From: Macrostomum lignano
Taxonomy: Eukaryota
Reading direction: 5' to 3'
NCBI GenBank assembly: GCA_002269645.1
Contig: NIVC01000065.1
Span: 313,489-377,488, forward strand
Length of the DNA: 64,000 nt
Part shown: piece by piece, positions 1 to 19,094 of the stretch
Numbering within the stretch: position 1 is the first letter of the stretch
Layout of the letters: each line of letters starts with the position of its first letter
Notes under the pieces: model-generated
Seen by the model: only the letters and a program-made list of their open reading frames with translations
The model's database searches: none
Told to the model about the DNA's origin: nothing
Made by a program: the position numbers and the translations under genes

Positions 1-376
1 GTTGGATTGCAGGGCGTGGATGTTGCATTGCAGGACGTAGATTTTGGATTTCAGGGCGTGGATGTTGGATTACAGGATGTGGATGTTGGATTGCAGGATG
101 TGGATGTTGGATTGCAGGATATGGATGTTGGATTGCAGGACGTGGATGTTGGATTACAGGATGTGGATGTTGGATTACAGGATGTGGATGTTGGATTACA
201 GGATGTGGATGTTTGGATGCAGGATGTGGATGTTTGATTGCAGGATGTGGATGTTTGATTACAGGATGTGGATGTTGGATTACAGGATGTGGATGTTTGA
301 TTGCAGGATGTGGATGTTGGATTGCAGGGCGTGGATGTTGGATTGCAGGGCGTGGATGTTGGATTGCAGGACGTGA
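1..376. repeat. 21-bp minisatellite (GTTGGATTGCAGGATGTGGAT), probably intron 2 of WSC-PAN paralog 1
   Basis: About 18 near-identical units read directly; truncated by the window start. Confidence 0.95.
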
Positions 377-970
377 ATGCTAGGTTGTAGAATGTCTCAA
401 CGATTAATCGATAATTTTTATTTTCAATCGATTCAAATTCCGTAATCAACTGTCGGTAATGAATGAATTCCAATTCAAATTATACTGAGGTAATTTCTTA
501 GAAAACAACTAGATCTCACTGGAGCCGTAGCGCATAGCGAAGACCGAGTTGCGCCACGCTCTACCGCAGTTAATCGAAGCATTGCCTTTGCACGGTGTGT
601 TACATTGTTCGTCCACAGCCTGTCCATGGGATCCCTAGGACCGGCTGCAGAAGCAATGACTATAATACTGCACTCCGAAGTATGGGAAGCCGCCGAGAGA
701 GCACACTTTGGCGCAGTAGTCTGGAGTCATTGCGATGCTGCTTATAGCCCATAGGTTGTTCGGCTGCAATTTAGTGAAGAAAATGGTCGTAAGTAGCAAT
801 GCAATTTAGTTAAAGAAGAAATGTAAATTTAGAAACATATTTTTAAATGCTATGTGCACGACATACTACTTACTAGCTTTCTGTATAATTAGAAGAGGGT
901 TGTAAATCTAAAAAACGATTTCATATCTCCTAGCGGCTGATTATTCCATTGGGGGCAGAAATCCAATTAG

Positions 971-3446
971 TGATGTAACCACGCTCTGGTCGCGGGATAG
1001 GGCAGGTGAACTTTTTCGAAAGTGCCTCCTGTCGCCGTGCACCCCCTACACAGAGCTGTTGAGACTCGGCCAGGTCTTCGACCAGGCCTGGAGACTCCCG
1101 CTCTGCTGCACCCCCTGCTGCCTTGGCTCCGTCTCCCCTGCCGCCACACTTGCCTTTCCGGAGCTCCCTGTTTTGATGGTTCATGCAATAAATTGAGTCT
1201 TCGCAGTAAGCGACTATTTTTCGGCTACTAGCCAAACGAACAAAAACCAGAATGCGCACTCTCTCTGGAGAGATTGATAACTATATATTGCAATAATTTT
1301 AAATAAATGGGGTGGGTGCGGCTGAACATTATAATGGTGGCTGGGGCTGAAACGTACGTATACCAAAATCTCTGATATGAAAGTTACGCGCAGGTGAATG
1401 AAAAGTACATGTAAGCCATCTCCTAAACACTCCCTACCCCTCTCTGTGCCTCCCCCTCCACCCTATCTCTTCTGCTTTCCGCCCTATTCTTCGTGTACTT
1501 TCCCTGTCTATCCTCTTTTTTGTCTCTTTCTGCACTAGTTTCCTGCACTGCCCCCCTTTCTCTGCGTCTACTTACAGTATTTTATGCGCTCACCGTCACC
1601 CCATCCCTTCTCAAACTCCCAAACGGTGACGCAAGTCGTGTGACCCCTCCTTCCCCTCGATGATTCATCGATGACTCATCCCCCTCTCTTGCGCAAACTT
1701 TTCTCATGCTATTGTTCTTCTCCCCAAATTTCTCATGCGACACCCACCCCACCTCCGCTTCTATTGTTCTCGTTTTTGATTCTTTTGTTCTCTTTATCCC
1801 CACCAATTATCACATTTTCTCCGATTTTCTCTTTCTATTGTTCTCGTTTTCGCACCTAATTATCCCCTTTTCCCCAATGTTTGCTTTTCTATTGTTCTCG
1901 GTTCTCCCCAATTATCCCCGATTTCCAATTCCTTTGTTCTGGACCCCCGCCCCATTGTTCTCAATGTTTGCTTGCGCAACACTTTCGCGACCTCCCGCTG
2001 CGCCAATTATCCCCCACCCCACCTCCGGATTGCGCAATTCTCCCATTTCTCATATTGCTATGCCGTTCTCATACTTCTCATCCTGACTCATTCTGACGTC
2101 ATTCTGCCGGCAGCCAATCAGAGAGAGGGAGTCACGGAAACGACCTTGGAGCGGCGGCTGGGGTGTCTATATAAGGAGGCGGTTTTCGGCATGAGAATCC
2201 TCAACTCTCGGGGTTCCGGTCTCCTCAGACTGTGCGTCTCCCCGTCCTTCTTTGGACTTGCCGTCAGACGTAGCTCTGACCTATTCGTCTGTAGGACGAG
2301 CCTCTGCCGGTCCACGGTCTGATACCGCCCAGTTACCTTAGCTCCCAAGTGAGCTCGCCTATCGGCCAGCGGTCTGATACCGCCCAGCATCATCAGCATC
2401 GCCTGATCTACATCAGCGCCTCGTCGCTTCAGCGCATCGCCGCTTCACTGTCTGCCTGACTGCAGCCTACAGCCGCCCTCGGTCACTCTGCCGCTCTCTC
2501 TTTCTGTGCAGCTGCCGGTAAGTTCCTATTACTAATTTGTGCTCTAATCGCCTTTGCTTATCCGGGGTTTGCCTATTTTTGCCATTACTTGATTAGAGAG
2601 CTGAGCCAATTGTGATACCGTAACTTTTGCTGTACTTTTACTCAATAGTGAAGCCGCCTACTTGCCTGATTATTTGCCTAAGGGCCTAATTATTAACTAT
2701 TAACTAACCTCATCATTATTCACTCTTCCACCATCATTTAACTCATGGCTTGCTAAGCCTTTCTCTCGGGTGGCAAAGCATAAGGAAGTTTGGGTAAGCT
2801 AATGGCCTCCTGTGAGTGCGTGCTGCGGGCCGTGTGTGCGTGCAGTAGAGGAATTAGCGAGTCTTGGCACAGAATGGCAGTAGGAAGGTTGCAACCCCAT
2901 GCTGACGCGTCCCTTTGCCCTGAGAAATCTAAACTATAGACAGCACATGTTCGCCTCATACTACTCTTAGTAATCAAAGTCGCAAGTCCGCCTCGCTCAC
3001 AGCCACAAAGGATCCCCTGCTGAGAAATCCTCCAGATTGAGCCCAGAGTTCCCGATCATGCCTCAAGCAGAGTCCCTGTACTCGGCTGCATGTGTCTCCC
3101 CTGTTAGCCTAAATCTCCTGGTAACCATCCCAGGCGGGGCTCTAGCCTCGAGAGGTCTGGTAGTAAGATCTAGGTGCGCCGGGTCACATAGAGTGGTGGC
3201 AGCCATTCGGTCATACTATGACCGAGTGACCAACTATTGCACCTTGGCTACAGGTGGGGTCCATGTGGGTCCTTGGCCCTCTGGTCACGAAGCGCTACCA
3301 AAGCTATCAATCATGTGGGCGGGACAGTCTGGTGCTGGAGGTCCGTCAGGTCATTGCCCGGTCATAGGCAGCCTACGGTCATTGCCCCCTCCGGTCATGC
3401 GTTCGTCTCTCTACGGAGCGGACAGGCGACAAGGGCGGTTACATCA
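971..3446. mobile_element. Probable solo LTR (or short-TIR element), about 2.5 kb, in intron 1 of paralog 1
   Basis: 10-bp inverted termini TGATGTAACC (971-980) and GGTTACATCA (3437-3446); 4-bp direct flank TTAG (967-970, 3447-3450); internal Pol II promoter motifs; no convincing ORF. Confidence 0.55.
2094..2175 (+). promoter_or_regulatory. CRE / CCAAT / TATA motif cluster inside the putative solo LTR
   Basis: TGACGTCA 2094-2101, CCAAT 2114-2118, TATATAAG 2168-2175 at plausible spacing; downstream donor-like CCG|GTAAGT at 2518. Confidence 0.5.
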
Positions 3447-3479
3447 TTAGCATGATGTAACATAAGTGCGGTGATTCTT

Positions 3480-4215
3480 ATTGACTCGTGATGATGACTC
3501 CTAATGATACCTTTAATTATGACTGCTAATGATGACTCCTAATGGTAACTCCTAATGATAACTCTAATGGTAACTCCTAATGATGACTCCTAATGATAAC
3601 TCCTAATGATAACTCCTAATGGTAACTCCTAATGGTAACTCCTAATGATGACTCCTAATGATAACTCCTAATGATAACTCCTAATGGTAACTCCTAATGA
3701 TAACTCTAATGGTAACTCCTAATGATAACTCCTAATGGTAACTCCTAATGATACCTCTAATGGTAACTCCTAATGATAACTCCTAATGATAACTCCTAAT
3801 GGTAACTCCTAATGATAACTCTAATGGTAACTCCTAATGATAACTCTAATGATGACTCCTAATGGTAACTCCTAATGATAACTCTAATGGTAACTCCTAA
3901 TGATGACTCCTAATGATAACTTTAATGATGACTGCTAATGATAACTCTAATGATAACTCCTAATGATAACTCCTAATGATAACTCTAATGGTAACTCCTA
4001 ATGATGACTCCTAATGATAACTCCTAATGGTAACTCCTAATGATAACTCTAATGGTAACTCCTAATGATAACTCTAATGATGACTCCTAATGATAACTCT
4101 AATGGTAGCTCCTAATGATAAATCTAATGATAACTCCTAATGATAACTCCTAATGATAACTCCTAATAATCTCTAATTACAACTCTAATGATAACTTATA
4201 TGATAACTCCAATTG
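3480..4215. repeat. 12/13-bp minisatellite (CTCCTAATGATAA / CTCTAATGGTAA)
   Basis: Direct reading. Confidence 0.93.
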
Positions 4216-4409
4216 ATAAATGCTAATATTTTCTTGTTTCTTATTAGTAATTTGGTTTTTATACGTTCTACGACCATCAAATTATAAGCTAGGGATGCTC
4301 ATCAGCGCTCTTGTGTGGTGCGGGGCAGTGGCTGTTTATCGCTCCTCTTGCTAGTATTTGCTACTGCAGTGGTTGTTCTGGGAGAATGGAAGACAAACTA
4401 TGAGAGGGT

Positions 4410-4800
4410 GGTGGCCCAGCAACTGAGGATCTGGGAAGGCGGCGGTGGGAACCCAGCAACTGAGGATCTGGGAAGAGCAGCGGCGGTGGGAACCCAGCAA
4501 CTGAGGAGCTGGGAAGAGCAGCGGCGGTGGGAACCCAGCAACTGAGGATCTGGGAAGAGCAGCGGCGGTGGGAACCCAGCAACTGAGGATCTGGGAAGAG
4601 CAGCGGCGGTGGGAACCCAGCAACTGAGGATCTGGGAAGAGCAGCGGCGGTGGGAACCCAGCAACTGAGGATCTGGGAAGAGCAGCGGCGGTGGAAACCC
4701 AGCAACTGAGGATCTGGGAAGAGCAGCGGCGGTGGGAACCCAGCAACTAAGGATCTGGGAAGAGCAGCGGCGGTGGGAACCCTGGATCTGGGAGGGCGGC
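4410..4800. repeat. 41-bp minisatellite (GGAACCCAGCAACTGAGGATCTGGGAAGAGCAGCGGCGGTG) near the 5' end of intron 1 of paralog 1
   Basis: About 9 near-identical units. Confidence 0.93.
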
Positions 4801-5699
4801 GGATATGGCAGCTCCTGATTATCTGGTGCCTCAGATTAATCCAGGTAATGACAATAAATAAACTTACGTTGTACTCTCCCATCGTGGTGATGCCAACCAG
4901 GCCGAGGAGGTCCCGGTCGTCATCGTCAATAAAGCAGCCCAGGTAAGAATAAGAGTAGGATGTGTCGCCAGGCGCGAAGGCTGCGCCAAGAACTGCGATA
5001 AGACTCACAGCAAGCATTTTTGGACACTTTTTCTAGTACGTGAAAGCCTCTGCGCACAGAGTAGAGCTGGGGGGGGGGTTAAATTGCAGCGTAAAATTGC
5101 TAAAAAACGATTTAAATTTATAAAAATGGCTGACTTCTTCTATGCTGCTTCAATATGAATCTAATCTGCATGCACAGGCGTGTGCATAGGGAGAGAGAGA
5201 AAGAAGCAGCTGACCCATCAAGCAGCAGGTTTGGCAATGGGGGTGTTAGCTCAGTGCCCTTCCGCGCACGGATCTCACGCGTGTGCGTCAGCCGTCATCA
5301 GCGCTGAGCAGCGTCGCCATAGCAACAATATGACTAAAAAACGTGAGATAAAAATTCACTGGCTGGCACCACAATGCCGGCAGTTTTTCGATGGGCAATG
5401 GTAAGTTTTTTTTGAAACAAGCATGGGGTTTAAAATAACCAAACGCTGTAAGCAGTTGTTTCAGTAGCAACATGACGCCTTACAGTTTTTTTTGGCTTTT
5501 AAAGGGCTTGATGGCATCCTTATTTGGACATGACGAATTTTAAAGTGCTACTCTATTAATAATAATTACTGTTTCTTTGATGAAAGTTATCAACTTTTTT
5601 GAAATGTCTCATTTTTTTCTGGAAAGGTGCCAGTTTGCTTTGCGCTCGTAAAGGTGAACCAGTTTCTTTGAGGTGTCAGCCTCTTAGAAATGTGTCACT

Positions 5700-6911
<1,212 letters not shown>

Positions 6912-7464
6912 TTGGACTTGGAGCCAGAGATTCCTAATAACTTCAAAGAGAATAACAGTTCTTCAAAACATGGGAAATGTCTCCTACAAAACAGGCAGAA
7001 TGCCATCTGACATTCTACTTTCAGAGTTGCCAGTTTTGAAATGCAAAAAACTTTCTCCAGTCGAATTCGCGGTCAGAAGGAAATAACAAAGAGCGGATGC
7101 GTGTTGTCAATGCCAATTATCAGAAAGCAGCTCAGCGGTGGCTTCAAGAACGGCATGATGCGTTTTATATTTGCACAAGACAGTTGCTGGAAAAACAGGA
7201 AAACAAGAGAAAAAATAAAACAAAGTAAGAAACCACATGATTTTGATTTTTGATCGGAAAATTGATTTTATTGATTTATGTGCGATAGTTCTAAAGGTAA
7301 AAACAGTTATTGATTTATTTCTGCAAACAAAATCTTTCAATTTTTTCTGTAGACTACGTGTAAAAAAAGAGGAAAAGCTATTCGGCACTTTTCAAGTTTA
7401 AGTCGTTATTCAGGGTAAAAAAAAAGGTATGAAGAATTTTAATAGCTAATCAGATGGCTGCACA

Positions 7465-8045
7465 GCAATCCGCCTCACCCCTTTTCCTGGCCAATCAGCT
7501 GACCGCACAACTATCCGCCCCACCCCTTTTCCTGGCCAATCAGCTGACCGCACAACTATCCGCCCCACCCCCTTTTCCTGGCCAATCAGCTGACCGCACA
7601 ACTATCCGCCCCACCCCCTTTTCCTGGCCAATCAGCTGACCGCACAACTATCCGCCCCACCCCCTTTTCCTGGCCAATCAGCTGACCGCACAACTCTTCC
7701 CCACCTCCTTTTTCTGGCCAATCAGCTGACCTCACAACTATCCACCCCACCTCCTTTTTCTGGCCAATCAGCTGACCGCACAACTATCCGCCCCACCCCC
7801 TTTTCCTGGCCAATCAGCTGACCGCACAACTATCCGCCCCACCCCCTTTTCCTGGCCAATCAGCTGACCGCACAACTATCCGCCCCACCCCCTTTTCCTG
7901 GCCAATCAGCTGACCGCACAACTCTTCCCCACCTCCTTTTTCTGGCCAATCAGCTGACCTCACAACTATCCACCCCACCTCCTTTTTCTGGCCAATCAGC
8001 TGACCTCACAACTATCCGCCACACCCCCTTTATCGACCAATCAGA
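7465..8045. repeat. About 46-bp minisatellite containing CCAAT, E-box and GC-box-like motifs (GGCCAATCAGCTGACCGCACAACTATCCGCCCCACCCCCTTTTCCT)
   Basis: About 13 units read directly. Confidence 0.93.
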
Positions 8046-9134
8046 TAAGCGCAGATTAGATACAATAAAAGAAAGTAGACATGTTGCATTTAGTATTTTC
8101 TCATTGCGTAGCCGGGTCGTTCTCAAATTCTGGGAGGAGTGAAAATGTTAACAATTTACCGAACATTTACTTTTGTTACTGGAAATAGCACATGTCGGAC
8201 GTGCGACTATATATATACATATATATGCACAGCACAGACACTATAAGTTCATACATTATTTAATGTAGTTGATAGAATTCCTATCAGGAGCTTTGGTCGA
8301 TGGACAAACCTGAAATTACTAGAAAAGCTCCAGCCTTCTTTGAGCAGCAAGCTGCGCTGCGAGCAAAATATATGATGCCTTAATAGTGCAACCTATTATA
8401 AAAGTGTAGTCAGGCTACAGCCTGAAGCAGCCACGCGTGTATAAGATGCGGAGGGATAATTTTTGCATAGGAGCTGCTAAGGTTGATGGAACTAGGGGAG
8501 GTGAGAGATTTAAAGCGAGGGACGGAAACCATGCGTAGTTCGATCATAAGTTTGATTATTGCATGGGTTCTGAGGACGCAACGAGAAGCAGACGAGAGCT
8601 CGCTTTTGATCATCAAAAGCTTGGGCGCCATTAGTACTGGTGTTTCAGTGTGCTTGTGCGCATTATGTCTCCTTATCATATTAAATATGCATGTGCAGTG
8701 TCTTTTTTCGTTTTATGCGAAATATTAATTTTCACACATTTAACTTTTTTGTTTGTTTCTGTTTCCTGCATGCTCATTTGCATTTGTACATCTCACACAA
8801 CCTCATTTTTCTCAATTAACAGGTGGAATTTTTCTTAGACTAATTGCTATTTTAGTTAAGCTAGTAGATTTTTAGTAATTAATTAATTCAACTTTGTCTA
8901 AAAATTTTGTCTAGAATAACAAATAGATTCATTTATTGTCATACTTACGTTTTTTGTGGTTTTAGTAGCAGCTTCTAACTGAAATTGTCAAAAGAAATTT
9001 TTTTGTACTGTTGTTGGTCCGTGTACAAACTTTTTTTCAATAACAAAAAGTTGTGACCTAGCTTTGAGAACGACCCAGCCTTGCTATTTCAGATAGGTGG
9101 CCAATTAAGATTGTTAACAAAGGTCACTCATATC

Positions 9135-15854
<6,720 letters not shown>

Positions 15855-16332
15855 CAGATCAGGAAATCCTTGCAGAAGAATCCTGTCAAGCATGATTTTA
15901 CAAGTTTAAAATTATAGAATTAACGTAAAAATTAAGTTCGCACTATCATTAGTGTAAACAAAGTAAAAACTATATAGTAAAAAATGCAGTACAAGTTTTT
16001 TAATAAACTTATATGTACGACTGGCGTCTCATTGCAATAACCTCAGCAATCCCTTGTTATTAAGCCTTGACATCTCAAATGATAAAAAATCTGTGAACAT
16101 TAACCCTAACCCTAACCTTAAAGCATTGACATTTCAGCAATTCTCCCCAAGAGTCATTATAGCATTACAGCAGTATAGCGATTCCCTCAAAGCCTTGACA
16201 TCGCAGCGGTTCCCAAATTAATCTGTCAACTTCGACATGACGCTTCTTCTCTATCAGCACCCCCATGGGAGCCAAAGAGAATGTAATAAAAAATTTAAAC
16301 GAACTACATGTAGCCTCTGACTTTCTGACTTT

Positions 16333-16698
16333 GGGGGCCGTAGCCCAGCGGTAGCGCAGCTGCTCTGGTGTGCCAGCGACCCAGGTTCGATTCCTAGTGC
16401 AGTCACATTAATTTGGGACTGAATTGGAATCTCGGCTTGGCTCTGCTCATGCAATTAACGGCCTTGAGAGCCAACCCCCCAAGGCACAGTGAAGTGTACA
16501 TGCCTTACGATAATATAAAGTTAGGGCCGCTGTACACTCCTTTGCGAGTGTGTGCCTGCGTACGTATCCGTGCGCTTGTATGCCTGCTCAGGGGAGTCGG
16601 CGGAATGGGCAGCAATGCCTCTCGCCGGTTGTGTGCAAATGTCGCTTGAAGTGCGCCAGGGTGCACACAACCCCCCTGCCTCTAATAAAAAAGGCCTC
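16333..16698 (+). mobile_element. tRNA-derived SINE, full-length copy with TSD
   Basis: A box TAGCCCAGCGG 16341-16351, B box GGTTCGATTCC 16384-16394, A-rich end CTAATAAAAAA, direct flank TCTGACTTT (16324-16332, 16699-16707); second copy at 26881-27064. Confidence 0.8.
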
Positions 16699-17639
16699 TC
16701 TGACTTTTGCCTTGACATCTAAGAAATCTCCCCGTAAGCCTTTACATCTCAGTTATTCACCGTAGGCCTTCAAAACTCTCCCCAAGAAGTCACAGCAATG
16801 CTTATACGAGAGGCTTCTTTTACGCGCGAGGCCTCTGCAGAGGCCTCTGCAGCCCATCATCAATATTGGTATATTCTCTAGAATTCTTACAATACATTTC
16901 AAGTCGAAAAGTTTGCTTGACCTTTGCAAAAAAAGATTTTTTTCGAATATTTAATCCCTTTAGCATTAGGCAATTTCTTAGCCAAGACACATGTACCGTC
17001 ACGGGAAAATTTCTGATCGAACAGTGCAAGTCTAATGAAAATCAGTTGAGCTGTTTTTCTCTAATCGATCGCATACCTACCTAGATAGATAGTAGATACC
17101 TACATGTAATACCTACCGACAGACCATTTTTAGTATGGTGGAGGATGGAGGAAGGATATCGGCAAACTTACGAAACTTTTCCCAGTCGTTCTACTGCGCA
17201 GAAAACTGATTATGTTGTCTCGTGAGGCAATCAGCCAAGCAGCAACGATCTGCTTTTTAAGCTCTTTTTTAAAGTGTCTCACGGCTGAGGTTGGCTGCAG
17301 CTTGAAGAAGAGACGCTGCAGAAGTAGCAAGCCGCACGCTTTGCCAGTGTCTTCCCGTCTCTGTCTAAAAGCAGAAGCGCTAGGGAAATATTTGCCAGCA
17401 TCTACAGGCTCTCGTGCCCATTCAGGGGAAACATAGAAGGCAAAAAAGTCTCAAAAAAGAGTATATGAGAATAAGTTTGCGATGCTGCGAGCTTATAGGA
17501 ATTAAATTTGTCAGTGTACTTTTATAGAGTGATTGGCAATATTCACAAAAAAAGAATGACGCTTTTTTAATTGAAAAAGTTAAAGTTCAGCGTTTAAAAA
17601 GCGACACATCTAACACACAAAAAATACTTTTCTAACACT

Positions 17640-18405
17640 CTCTTTAACCAACCAGATGACGGACAAACAAAGTCTAACCCCTTCCTGCACTCTCTTTAAC
17701 CAACCAGATGACGCTCAAGGAGAGTCTAACCCCTTCCTGTACTCTCTAGCCAATCAGATGACGGTCAAGGAGAGTCTAACCCCTTCCTGTACTCTCTGGC
17801 CAATCAGATGACGATCAAGGAGAGTCTAACCCCTTCCTGTACTCTCTGGCCAATCAGATGACGATCAAGGAGAGTCTAACCCCTTCCTGTACTCTCTGGC
17901 CAATCAGATGACGACAAGGAGAGACTAACCCCTTCCTGCACTCTCTGGCCAATCAGATGACGACAAGGAGAGACTAACCCCTTCCTGTACTCTCTTTAAC
18001 CAACCAGATGACGGACAAACAAAGTCTAACCCCTTCCTGCACTCCCCTTAACCAACCAGATGACGGTCAAGGAGAGTCTAACCCCTTCCTGCACTCCCCT
18101 TAACCAACCAGATGACGGTCAAGGAGAGTCTAACCCCTTCCACTCTCTAGCCAATCAGATGACGATCAAAGAGAGACTAACCCCTTCCTGCACTCTCTAG
18201 CCAATCAGATGACGATCAGGGAGAGTCTAACCACTTCCTGCACTCTATAGCCAACCAGATGACGGTCAAGGAAAGTCTAACCCCTTCCACTCTCTAGCCA
18301 ATCAGATGACGATCAGGGAGAGTCTAACCCCTTCCTGCACTCTCTAGCCAATCAGATGACGATCAAGGAGAATCTAACCCCTTCCACTCTGTAGCCAATC
18401 AGATG
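17640..18405. repeat. About 50-bp minisatellite with GCCAATCAGATGACG core
   Basis: About 15 variant units read directly. Confidence 0.92.
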
Positions 18406-19094
18406 GGCATCAAATTTAGAAATCCTGCAAAATTCGCAGCTAACACGAAACTAATTGAAAAGACACGATATGAATCAGTAAAATTAAAGTAAGCAATTCG
18501 AAAAGGAAATAAGGATTGGGTACTAAAGGCAATCAGTTAGTTTGCAGAAGGCTATGAATTACAAATCAAGGCCGTTCCACCGACTCCTGAGCATGTACAC
18601 AGATACATACGCAGGCGCTGCACACTCGCACAGGGTGACTTTCTAACTATCAGGCATGTACAGTCTTTGTTCCCAGAGGGGTTGGCTTTCATGTAGTGAA
18701 CTAATTTTCCTCAGCAAAAAAATATTAATTACGAGCGTAATTAGACAGTTCACTGTTGCATATTTTTCAGTAGATGTTTAAGCAGAGGACCTCTCTCAGG
18801 CTCTGATGTAGAAGTCTCCAACAGTGGTGTTCAGAGTCTGCGGCACCAGAGCGAACTTCAGAAGGTGGCACAGCCGGGCCTGCTGCTGGAAAATCACAGC
18901 CTGACAGTTGCTACTGGCGGAGGAGTGGCACTTCAGAATGCAGTTGTCGGCCTCGGTGACGGGTTCAGTCCAGTGGGTGGTCTTCGAGTAGGAGCTGGTC
19001 ACCACCAGCTGAGGTCAGCTGGCCTCCAGCCGAAATATCTTGCAGCCGCTGCCTACAGGAGACAAAAAGGGCTTTGGAAGCTCCAATCAGTTGA

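Larger units (their letters stand above)
520..5017 (-). pseudogene. WSC-PAN paralog 1 (exons 5017-4868 and 763-520; PAN exon expected left of the window); in-frame TAG in exon 2
   Basis: Exon 1 is MLAVSLIAVLGAAFAPG (signal peptide-like) ...YLGCFIDDDDRDLLGLVGITTMGEYN|gtaag. Exon 2 follows a ttgcag acceptor and reads PNNLW...CAKVCSLGGFPYFGVQYYSHCFCSRS*GSHGQAVDEQCNTPCKGNASINCGRAWRNSVFAMRYGS, a WSC cysteine pattern. The TAG is at 637-635. Intron phases match paralogs 2 and 3. Confidence 0.85.

Noticed and set aside
930-1259. 109-aa ORF as an extra exon of paralog 1
   Set aside because: No WSC similarity; it straddles the left end of the putative solo LTR
8286-8385. Exon-like plus-strand stretch (ELWSMDKPEITRKAPAFFEQQ...) and a similar one near 7080-7230
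   Set aside because: No recognisable homology or linkable exons
16100-16120. Interstitial telomeric repeat (TAACCC)
   Set aside because: Under three copies; uninformative
16333-16405. Functional tRNA gene
   Set aside because: Acceptor, D and anticodon stems pair poorly, and the sequence continues into a SINE body with a TSD
17085-17140. Short similarity to 53450-53500 (TACCTAGATAGATAG...ACAGACCATTTTTAGTAT)
   Set aside because: Too short to define an element
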